From: Microthyrium microscopicum
Taxonomy: Eukaryota
Assembly: GCA_010405405.1 (NCBI GenBank)
Contig: MU004230.1
Coordinates: forward strand, 964,627-1,028,626
DNA length: 64,000 bases
Reading direction: 5' to 3'
The notes under the pieces were generated by a model. It searched no databases. It was given only the letters and a program-made list of their open reading frames with translations, and was not told the DNA's origin. This document shows, piece by piece, positions 51,555-61,763 of this stretch (positions within the stretch are counted from its first letter, which is position 1; each line of letters opens with the position of its first letter). The translations under genes were made by a program, and so were the position numbers.

Positions 51555-52277
51555 TTTGTTTAGAGAATGTAGTTGTGTCTTCGAAAATGATTTGAAGCCT
51601 GCTTCAAGGAATATGGGGTGAGTTAAATTTGTTAAGTCCTGCCAGTCGAACACAAGTCTGACTTATATGGCTCTCAGTCCCGGGCCTATAGGTGACTTCA
51701 AAGGAATCGTTCGTTGGGTTTCATGAGACGTGTGACTTTCCAATCGTTGCCGTTTGTATGCATCAGACTGCTTCCATGCCAACGCGATATCGCATTCTAA
51801 AGCTATAACATACTTACATCGTGTTCGATAGCGGAGGGCAGCATAATTCAGATTCTTCTTTCCGACCAACAAGTTTATGGCCTTGCAATAACAAGAGCAA
51901 ACCGTGGAGGTATTCTGTAGGAATCTTTCAGATGTCAATGTGCCCTTATCTGTCAAAGTTCAGCTGCGTGTCATTGCATGATGAAGGTTGAATAGATCAA
52001 TGTGGATAACAGGTTCATCAACTTTGACAAACAGGATATCAAACAGTATATTCGTATAATACATATAGACCAAAATTGACATTAACAAGACGTTGATCGA
52101 CAGACAAAATAGAAGATCTAGTTACTAAAGGAAATCGAACCACCTAAGCACCTACTCATACAAACAGCGATCTAATATACATCATATACTCAAACAAGAT
52201 GATTATCGACCCAGCCCAAGCACGACCAGCAAGCCTGAACTGTCATCGTTTTCATAGCCAACAAGCAGACATAGCCT

Positions 52278-54930
52278 CTACCGACCGTACTTGGCCTTCC
52301 TCTTGGAAATCCGCTCCTTACGCTGATTGATCCATTGGGCACGCTCCTTCTCAGCGTCAGCTAACGCCCGAATGTGCGCATTGTTCTGAACATCGCCATG
52401 CGGATGACCCAAAGTATGGATACGATCGCAAGGCTCCATGCGTACAAAGCCACGATATGGAGGCGCTGGTCGACTCTTGGGCCACAGAGCCTCCCAGTAG
52501 CTACGGAACATACTAAAGGCGAAAGTAGCCGAATTAGCACCATATCTGGGAGCAGGGCTGGTACGGGAAGGCGGAGAAGTCTGTGGAGTGGAGCGGCGCG
52601 GCGATGGTGTATTGTATTGATTTCCGCGAGGGGAGGAGAGGCTAGAATCCGAGTCGTCCGAGTCTTCAGTATCAGACTCGTCATAATCCTTTTTGCCAGT
52701 TAAGGCTTCGTATGCCTTTTGAAAACCTGGAATGTGATTGTAATTGTGTCGACGAGGGGATGGGGTTGCTGGTGGATAGTTGCTGAAGAACTCGTCCTCT
52801 GTTTCATCATCCAAGGTCTTGTCCTTTAACTCTTCCTCCTCGTTGGTGACATTGCTGTCATCGTTTTCATCTGTATCTATGTTAGAAAATGTTTGAGAAT
52901 TTCGGTTACGATCATAAGCAGCGGCGGAAGAGTCTTGGGAGATGGGCTTGGAGGTGATTGAGGAGGAATGTGGCTCAGAAGAAGATCGCTGAGACTGTGT
53001 GCTCCGTTGTCCTGGTGAAGAGTCTCTATTTTGGCTATCAGAGGAACTTGTATCCGAGCCCGATGGGACACGATATGTTCTTCCCACTCGAGGCGCTAAA
53101 AAGTCATCTGAACTTATAGGTGAGCCTGACGGGACACGATACGTTCTTTTAACTGGAGGCGCCAAAAAATCATCTGAGCTTATGGGTGAACCTGATGGGA
53201 CACAATACGTTCTTCCTGGTGGCCCAGCTAAGAAGTCATCAGAACTTATGGGAGATTCTGACGGAACACGATAAGTTCTCCCAGGTTCAGGGGCCAAGAA
53301 ATCATCAGAGCTAATTGGGGAACCTGATGGGACACGATACGTCCTGCCAGGTTCAGGAGCTAAAAAGGCATCAGAGCTTATAGGAGAGCCTGATGGCACC
53401 CGATATGTCCTCCCAGTTCTAGGAGTCCAGGTTTTGCCAGAGCTTGTAGAGGAAGCTGACGGCTGCTGATACTCTGTACCAGATCTGGTCGTCTTGACTT
53501 CTTCAGAAGTTATCGAGGATGCCGATGGCACACGATAATCTCTTCCTTTTGAGACATTGTAGCTTGGTGTTTCAACCGCGAATACCTCTTGCGTAACTCT
53601 ACTGTTGCCTTCCTTCACTTCACGCGTGCTTATAGACCGATCATAGGGGTTACGATACTTACCTTCACCACTTTCATCATCCGTGGAATCATGGGCACGT
53701 GGATCCTGATATCCGCTGAATGTGCTTTTCCTTCTATCGTTGGTCTCCTCATGTGAGTCCGAACTGGAAGACGAGCTAGAGGAATCCTTGGGATTGGTGT
53801 CACGATAGCCACCAAATTTAAACTCGCCTTTCTTTGCAGGCTGAACGTCCTCCGTAGTACCGCTTTCTGTGCTTACAGATCGATAAGTGGGCTTGCGATA
53901 ACTGCTTGTCGGCTGGGATTTCTTGCCTCCAGACTGCGGAGAACCCACCTCAATAGAAGGCAGGGCATTGGGAGAAGATGATTTGCTTTGACTTTGTCTA
54001 CTCTTGCTCCTTGTGTTGTAGCGTCTCTCTGGGCTGTCTGGAGGTGTGAGAAGTCCAGTGTTGTTTTGGGCGGGTGGCGATGGAGTAAATCGTCTGACGA
54101 GTCCAGTGACTCCATTCCAAGCAAAACGAGCAGGTGCCAAAGCGAGAGTGTTTATTGGGTCGAAATGCCATCCAGTTGGTAGAGCTGGTGACGGGCTTCT
54201 ACTATATCTTGGTGACCTCGGTGTGCTACTTCGGCGGCCACTTGAAGGTCTGGTATTGACTTCACTCTCATCTTCGCTCTCATCGTCGTCGTCTTGATTG
54301 TCATACTCAATAGCTCTTTGGCTGTTTTCAACTGACTGGGGCGAGCGGCTGTTTCTCTTAGACTGTTCAAAACTAGGATGATCCAAGACTCTTTGAGCAA
54401 ACTTTTGTCGGCGTCGCGAGGCAGCGTTCATTTTGACCATCTGCCAATAAAGGGCTAAGATCGCCAGGAGAAGCGTCAATGTGACATACCAAGGGGCATC
54501 TGTGATGTTACATTTGCAGCGGCTCATGAAATATCCTAAAGTCACATTAGCATCTTGTTACTAGTAAGCAGTCCGTATGACATTGAAACCTACTCAGTGC
54601 ATCCATAACCTCTTTGCGATGATAATCCTCCGTCACCATGCCGATACCTGTGCTTACGTGGTCCTGACCGGTCCAGTAAGGCCCATCTTTCGCATTTTGG
54701 AGCCTCTCAGACACCCAAGTATTCCATGCAGCCTCATCAACACATGGATTTCGAGTCTTGTCGCAGAATTTCTGGACTACACTCGAAGTATCTGAATAAG
54801 TACTTCTCGCGCCATCGAGCACGGGCTCGCCATAAGTCTTGACAGCCGAGTGGGCATTTTTTAGTGCCGAGTTAGCGCTCTCAACAATCCGGCCGAATGT
54901 TTCCTTGTGGTTGGTAAATGGCCCACTCAT
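52278..54930 (-). CDS. Orphan single-TM protein with a long disordered Ser/Arg/Pro-rich tail and 22-aa tandem repeats
   Basis: Exon 1 54593-54930; intron 54538-54592 (GTAGGT...CTAAT...TAG) in frame with the 755-aa ORF; TM WYVTLTLLLAILALYW. Confidence 0.75.
53050..53548 (-). repeat. 66-bp coding tandem repeat, GRTYRVPSGSPISSDDFLAPxx (5 full, 1 partial, 2 degenerate units)
   Basis: Peptide units are visible in the ORF. The nucleotide period is 66 (e.g. CCTGATGG at 53323 and 53389). Confidence 0.92.
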
Positions 54931-55951
54931 ATTGAGTCGAATGTTCTACAGAGCCAAATGGATGGAAATTGTAAAGTGTAAAACAGCAGGGCGGTGATAA
55001 CAGATCTTGAATTCTATTGTGCAAGTCCAGCAAACACTATGGTTTTGAACTTTTCTTTGGGTTGTTACAAGCCAGAGATACTCAATGGGAGGTTTGATAT
55101 AAGAGTAAACGACACAGAACAGAAGACTTCTTATGATATGAGGGAAGAATCGTACCTCACTATTCTCTCTTGGAGTGTTGATGGCTTTGTAGACTCACAA
55201 AGGAGTCTCGCCGCTCTTGGAAATAAGCAAATGCTTGATCAAAGCAATACATATGAACTCGAAATCTGTATGGACGAGCATGATGGGCTCTTTGTGACTT
55301 CAATATCAATAATCAAAGAAGAGACTGCTCTCCTTTGATCCTGAATTGAAATGTGTATGACCCACTTTCAAGAGACTGGTCTAAAACCTCTCTATCTTGG
55401 AATATGAGTTAGATTCTGGTACTGTGGACTGTACCGAGCTTGGACATTGTCGCTAGATCTCTGGTCTAGGTAAAATAGAAAGAAAGCAAAGCTTCAGACT
55501 TTCAGATCATGAGTCTGAGACCCTCCCAAATATTCTGGAACTGATTCTGTGGACCAAAAATTCATCTTCATCTTTGACAGATTCAATGTGATTGTGTATG
55601 ACTTGAAATGTCTTAACAAATCACAAGGAGGGAGAACTCAGTACCACGTTTCGCTCAAAGCAAGAACAGGTGTAGTCGGATAAGACCTCGTTTCTCAATG
55701 ACCTGAACAAAGAAGTAAATGGCAACAAAGCATCTCGGATAGTCTGGCAAGCCTGGTTCTCAGTTCTTATTGGCAATACTGGGCCGAAAGAAACCTTGTT
55801 CTTTGTTTGAACTTGGAAACTGATGGGAGTGCATACGCGTAGTCAAGGGAGCATACAGAGTTTGACGAGAAAGTCGAGATTGGAAATTCTGTAAACTCAA
55901 CATGACAACAAGCATGAAATGGAAAGGAAAACAATGAAATTGATATTGTCG

Positions 55952-57958
55952 TTAATGTGCGGCACGAATATTGGTCTCCACTATCTTCAACGCCTCTTTA
56001 ATCTTTGGGGAAAAGTGCAATCGCAGTAATTCCCCTTCCCAAATAGTGCTGGCAAAAGGATTGCTTCCTTCCACATCCCCACGTAAGGCATTGAAAACGC
56101 CATCGCCCCGGCGCTCGTCTGTATGCCACAATGTAGCAATTTTTTTCCCATGGAATTTTGTTGTTTGAGCTAAAAGTCCAAGCATGGCTTGACATGATTT
56201 TTCTGGTAGTTGTAGAGATGCGGTCATGAGCTGCTTTGTAAATGCCGCGAGCCGAAGAGGAGGAACAGCTCTCAGTGCCTTTGGTGGAATGAGCACCGTT
56301 GACAAGCATCGAATCAACAAGACAGTTTTGGTCTTGACATTGACGTCCGTCTTGATGGGGCTGGTCTCCTCATTGGGGTCTGGAAGGTGGAATGATTTCG
56401 AACTGAACTCGACGTTTGGATCCAAGGCTGTTGGAATAAGAGATCGGTAAAGATGAGAGACAAAGAAACTAAGGTCGAGATGAAGATTTGTGACCGCAGC
56501 ACTTCCATCTTGACCTTGTAACAACGCAAAGGCAGTCACAATACAAAGAAGTGATTCTCTTGTGGCATCGCGGACAGAGTCGTCGTCGGATTCTTCTGCC
56601 TCATCGTCTTCATCTTCGTCGTCATCGTCTTCTTGGCCCGACGTTTGGATGAGTTCTTTCAATGCCTCCAATATATCACCGAAGAAGTCTTGATTGATCA
56701 GATGAGCATATCTGGCCAGTCCTTCCAAGACGGCGCCCATGAGATGCTCAGTTTTAGCTTTTAAAATGCGAAAATAAGTGGCAAAGACGAGTTTCAGCAT
56801 CTCCGATTGTAGCTTATCCCGCTCTTCGTGGCTAACAACAGCATCGGCTTCTTTCATCTCCTTTTCAAGTGCTTTTGTCTCTTTTATCTGCTTCCGTTGG
56901 CGTTTAGTGCGGAACTCTCGCTTTTCTTTCAATTTCTTCACTTTCTTGGGAAGAAGTTCTGCCTGTTCTTTGTCCACCCGGTCGTATGAACCCTTCATGG
57001 AGAACTCTGACAGTAATCGAAGATGCAAGAACACATTGAGGAGGCTCTCATCAATGTTGTAGTCTCGTGATCTCATCATCTTGGTCAAAGCACTGACAGC
57101 ATCCAAAGATGGCCGACCATCGTCGTCTTCTCTGAAAAGCTTTTCTAGGGTTCGAATGCCAGTTTCATAGTTCTTGCTGTCTGGCCTGCGCCCGAGTGCA
57201 CCGAGTATGATCTTCAGGAGATCGCTTCGAAAATTGAAGTGAGTTACTGCAAGAAGTAATGTTGAGGCACAAGACACAGCGGTCGCGGCCAAACTGGGTT
57301 GTCGGCTTTTGGACAATTTGGACAGCTGAGTGACATATGCTCGATATCCGCTGACTAGGCTTTGCTCGTAATTTCGTAGCTGCTTGACCTCTTTCGAAAT
57401 TTTCTCTTTCATCTCAGTCTCCGAAGCGGGTCTTATGCGATAACCAGGGATGATATCTTTGTAGACTGCACATTGTGTTGCGATGGTGAGTTGTTGTATG
57501 GTCAAAATTGGCGACTGCCCAAGCTCCCCTAGTGATCGCAAAGCTCCTACATTCTCCTCCGGATTCTCATTTATGAGAGCTGCCATTCGAGCCAGTTCTT
57601 CTTTTGCTTCAAGGATCTGCGCTTTTTGCGACACCTGCGGCGCTTCGTGCTGCTCTCCTCCATTTTCAGATGGTGCTGCGCCGTCAAGCGCATCCTCTTC
57701 ACCAGAGCTCCCTGAGCCCAGAAAACTATCTGCATCTCCATTCACTTCTCTTTTCTGTTCAGCCCATCCTTCATCGGTTTTTACAGGCAATCTAGTATTT
57801 TCTTGCTTCTTGGTCCTGCGTGGTAGCTGTTCGTACGATTGTTCTTGGTTCCATAGATTAGTAGGCCGAGGGGCAGGATTCGTGAAGAGTTGCGCGTCTT
57901 GGTCTCGGTCTCGATCGGCTGCTATTCTGCGTCGCTTTGGTGGGCGCGTGGATGCCAT
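55952..57958 (-). CDS. NOC3: Nucleolar complex protein 3
   Basis: EQSYEQLPR, RLPVKT, AKEELA...ENPEEN, VYKDIIPGYRIRP, HFNFR, YFRILK, LEGLARYAHLINQDFFGD, SNPFASTIWEGELLRLHF. Confidence 0.95.
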   Translation of the reverse strand: MASTRPPKRRRIAADRDRDQDAQLFTNPAPRPTNLWNQEQSYEQLPRRTKKQENTRLPVKTDEGWAEQKREVNGDADSFLGSGSSGEEDALDGAAPSENGGEQHEAPQVSQKAQILEAKEELARMAALINENPEENVGALRSLGELGQSPILTIQQLTIATQCAVYKDIIPGYRIRPASETEMKEKISKEVKQLRNYEQSLVSGYRAYVTQLSKLSKSRQPSLAATAVSCASTLLLAVTHFNFRSDLLKIILGALGRRPDSKNYETGIRTLEKLFREDDDGRPSLDAVSALTKMMRSRDYNIDESLLNVFLHLRLLSEFSMKGSYDRVDKEQAELLPKKVKKLKEKREFRTKRQRKQIKETKALEKEMKEADAVVSHEERDKLQSEMLKLVFATYFRILKAKTEHLMGAVLEGLARYAHLINQDFFGDILEALKELIQTSGQEDDDDEDEDDEAEESDDDSVRDATRESLLCIVTAFALLQGQDGSAAVTNLHLDLSFFVSHLYRSLIPTALDPNVEFSSKSFHLPDPNEETSPIKTDVNVKTKTVLLIRCLSTVLIPPKALRAVPPLRLAAFTKQLMTASLQLPEKSCQAMLGLLAQTTKFHGKKIATLWHTDERRGDGVFNALRGDVEGSNPFASTIWEGELLRLHFSPKIKEALKIVETNIRAAH

Positions 57959-58222
57959 GATGTTTGTCTGGCGCTTAAAAATCTAACAAGACTGGAATTG
58001 CAGAAAATGTTGTTGGGGGATGAAGGCTCTAAGGGAGGTTGGCCGTTGAGCATTGCGAAATCTTGGCGTTGATTTTTTTTGTGGGGTCGATTTTGCATTT
58101 GTTCTCCTCCATCGATTTTTCAGCGCAGGTCTTCACCTCACATTTAGACCTATAAACGCTTGCCAGACTGCTAGCATTTCTCCTTCGATTCATAGCATCT
58201 CAAGATATTCAGAAATCGCAAA

Positions 58223-58957
58223 ATGCGACAGCTCACTCAAGAAGAGACCAAGACGCTGTTCTCTAAGGCAAGTTTCGCGTCCACCGCTACCGTACATCCT
58301 TTCTCTTATTGAAGACTAACTGCTTTTCATAGATCGCGAACTACACCGGCCGCTCGCTAAATCAGCTCATTGAACCAGTTCAAGATGCCTCCGGAAAACC
58401 TGGAGAACGTTACGTATTTCGGATCCAAAACTCTCGCGTCTACTACGTAAAAGAAGCTATCGCCAACCTGGCTACCAGCATCGCTCGTCCGAACCTTCTT
58501 TCCTTGGGCACCTGCATCGGAAAATTTACAAAGACTGGGATGTTCAGGATACATATTACAGCGCTCGACATCATTGCCCCTCACGCGAGGTATAAGGTGT
58601 GGATCCGCCCAAATGGCGAAATGCCGTTCCTATATGGTGGACATGTCGTTAAGGTAAATACTAACATATCAATCACCTGCCGAGCAGATCTAATCACTTC
58701 TAGGCGCATGTTGGCAGATGGTCAGAAGATTGCCCCGAACATCAAGGAGTGGTTGTTTACAGCATGAATGACACTCCTTTAGTAAGTGATCTCTGCTTCT
58801 AATCTTTGGATAGTCTTCTTACGATACTCAGGGATTTGGTGTTACTGCCTGCTCGACTGCAGCAGCAAGAAAGCTCGACCCTACTGGCATTGTAACATTT
58901 CGGCAAGGCGATGTTGGTGAGTATCTCCGCGAGGAGGATACTCTGTTCGCAACCTGA
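58223..58957 (+). CDS. NIP7: 60S ribosome biogenesis protein Nip7
   Basis: [21 protein letters not shown]...[21 protein letters not shown]...[52 protein letters not shown]...[15 protein letters not shown]. Introns 58268-58332 (GC-AG), 58654-58703 and 58782-58831. Confidence 0.96.
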
Positions 58958-59051
58958 ACACAACTCTATTCCTCGAAAACGAAAGACTCGGCCTTACTTC
59001 TTATGCTTTGTATAACAACGTTTATCTATACAATATCGCCATGCTTGAATT

Positions 59052-61005
59052 TTATGATGGTCCGCCATTTGGGTTTGGACCGAGAGGCGGACCATTAGCC
59101 TCTGGGTTCTCCCCTGCTGGAGGTACACCATGAGATTCGTCTATCACAGATTCTACATTTGCGGGTCTTGGGTTTGTATCACAGGCTGGCGATGTTCCAG
59201 GCTGCGTGGCTCCTGGAGGAGCTTGTCCTGGAGAAGCTAAAGGACCAGGCTGCGGAACTTGCGAAAATCGTGCTTGATGCATGTTTCGCCTAGCATGTCC
59301 CGGAGGCATGCCAGATGTTCTTCCTCCTCGAGAAAAAGAAGGTAATCTGCCACGTTGATGGCCGAAGAGTGGCGTTGGTGGAGCTTGCTGAGGCAAGGGA
59401 TGCCGTGATGGCTGTCCTGGTACTGGCCATGATGGTGGATTACTGCCATTACCATTCATGCTCGGAGTCTTCGGCGGTTTAGCTTCCATGACATGTCAGT
59501 CAAAATGATCAAATTGATTAATTGATTCATCCGCTAGGTACTTTCAGAATAAGATTATTCGAGAGGAGGAGTCAACAAAACTTACTGCTTGCGTAATTGG
59601 CCGAGTCCATTGGATCCATACCAGCCAGGCCAGCTCCTGTCATCATATTCATGTCTCCGTCTTGATACCCTCCATGCTGCCCACCAGTGCCTGGATATCC
59701 CATGTGTGCCTGCGCATCCATCCCACTGTACATTCCGGCGGCGGCCCTCGGATAATCCATCATGGGCCCTCCCATCCGTGGTCCTTTCCCTTTCCTAGCG
59801 CGTGGAGCAGTAGGATCGTAAGCGTATGGATCATTCATGTTTGCTCCACCCATATCGCCCATCCGATCCATCATGCCTCCATATGCAGCCGTGGACTGTC
59901 TTGGTCGTCGGTTACGCGGATTGGACGGGAAGCCTCCTAAGCCTCCACCGTAATTCCCGCCTTCAAACCCATTCTCGTCGATATCTTCCAATCCACCACC
60001 GCCTGACATTCCTCTCGCTCCACTAATACCGCCCATTCCCATGTCTCCCATAGGACTCATTGCCGGACCACCCATATTCATACCTCCCATCCCGCTCAGT
60101 CCGCGCATACCAGCCATCTGCTTCCTCATCCTACGCATCTGCGAAGGCCCCATCTGCGGCGCCATCATTGACGGCATCGCTGGTCCAGCTGTCGGATACA
60201 TCACCCCTGGTGCACTCCTACTCCCGCCCAAATCCCTTAGCTCTTCCTCCAAATCGTCCACCCGTCTCCTCATTTTCTGAAACTGGTTCTTGCTTCTCCC
60301 TTTATTTCCCCTACGTCCACTATCATCTGACGACTCTCCACCAGCCAAACTACTATCTGGCGAGCGGTTCTTCTTCTTACGTCGTGTCTTGCGTCCACGT
60401 TCTCGACTGCGGGCTCGTCCGTGTTCGTGGCAACAGCATTTGCACTTTGGCTTTTCTTTGCCACCGACTTGCAGGTTGACGTTGTCGTCGCCTACCATGC
60501 CCGTTACCCGGATACCATCATCGTCTCTAACGTTAGGTGGTGTGGCGTGCCGATAGGAAGTGCCGCAGCAGGGGCAGCTTTGTGGGTTTGATGGTGGTTG
60601 TTGTGGGGGAACTTGTGGGTAGTAGGCTTGTGGCATCGGCATTGGCATTGGCATTGGCTGTGGTGGTGGAGGAGGAGGTGGTGGCATGCCGTTTAGTCCT
60701 GGACCTGGAGGAGGATTGGGATACGATGGGTACGTGTAGTTGCCGCCGCCGCCGCCGTCTTCAGGGCCTGCACCACCACGTAAAGGGCCGGGACGTGGTG
60801 GTCGGTCATCCCAGCTTTCGTAAGACTCCTCGCTTTCTGATGGAGGATGCCGATGTTGTTGGTACCGACTTGGACGTTTAGTGTAGTTGGATGGTGGATA
60901 GTATGGCTTGTAGTGTGGTAGATCATAGCCACAGCTTGGAGCGAACTTAAGTCGGGGTGTCTGTCCTGGGAATAGAGGAATTGGATGAGAACTAGAAGTA
61001 CCCAT
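59052..61005 (-). CDS. Low-complexity Gly/Met/Pro-rich protein of unknown function
   Basis: The 477-aa ORF joins ORF 59052-59489 in frame through intron 59483-59585 (GTAAGT...CTGAC...AAG). Contains CPCC and CKCCC motifs and a short coiled coil (MRRRVDDLEEELRDL). Confidence 0.65.
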
Positions 61006-61763
61006 TATATTGCCTTGACACTGGACTCCTACGCTACCATATACGTTGACGGAACAGCGTTGATCGAGACGAAAGGCGAAAGAAAGCTTCTGAAAAGCAG
61101 GTTAAAAGAAATGTGAGTTGAGTGAGGACTAGACAGTGGGCAAACCTGCAATACTGAACTTTTGGTTGAAAGTTTGACATGTTTCAATTGGACTTGTGAT
61201 GCCTCAATTGGTACAACCACCACCCTTGCTGTGGACCTAGATCTGTTTGCTCTTGGGACGACTGACTTTTGTGCTCCTGGAGCAGCCGTATCCCGACGAA
61301 TGATTGGATCGCCTCAGCAAGATCTTGCAAGCCTTGTTGGGTTCTTTCAACATACACGGAATGTGAGAGCCTCCCTAGACACTACCAGAGATTCGTAAAA
61401 CGAAGCATTCGGTTTACAGTGTTGATTTTCAGAACTACGAAAAGCATGAGCACAACCATCGTTATACTCGACAGAGTTATTACAAGTAGTTTGAGACCGC
61501 AACCACCCTCTATCGGCCTGAACCCATCCAGGACCAGCCTGACAAACATTTTGCCATCAGTATGAGCTCGTGTAAGACATAGCACCGTCTCTCTTGGCTA
61601 CCAAAAAAATGAATATGAAGCAATGTCCTGTTGTACTCCAACATATCCTATAGACACAAACGCCCTTTCCCAAATTACTCCGTCCCGTGAATCAATAAGT
61701 GGGCAATCCTGTCATAACCGCCATACGTTTTTACTTTCCGTGAACTCATAAGCCCACTTCTCC

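Noticed and set aside
53050..53548. Repeat array as a CRISPR array or a fungal RiPP/KEP precursor
   Set aside because: The units are contiguous coding repeats with no unique spacers. They lie after a TM segment, with no cleavable signal peptide, no regular KR sites, and no UstYa-type oxidase gene in the window.
54994..55338. 114-aa ORF divergent from the repeat-protein gene
   Set aside because: GTG start, no motif, and located in the expected promoter; unsupported.
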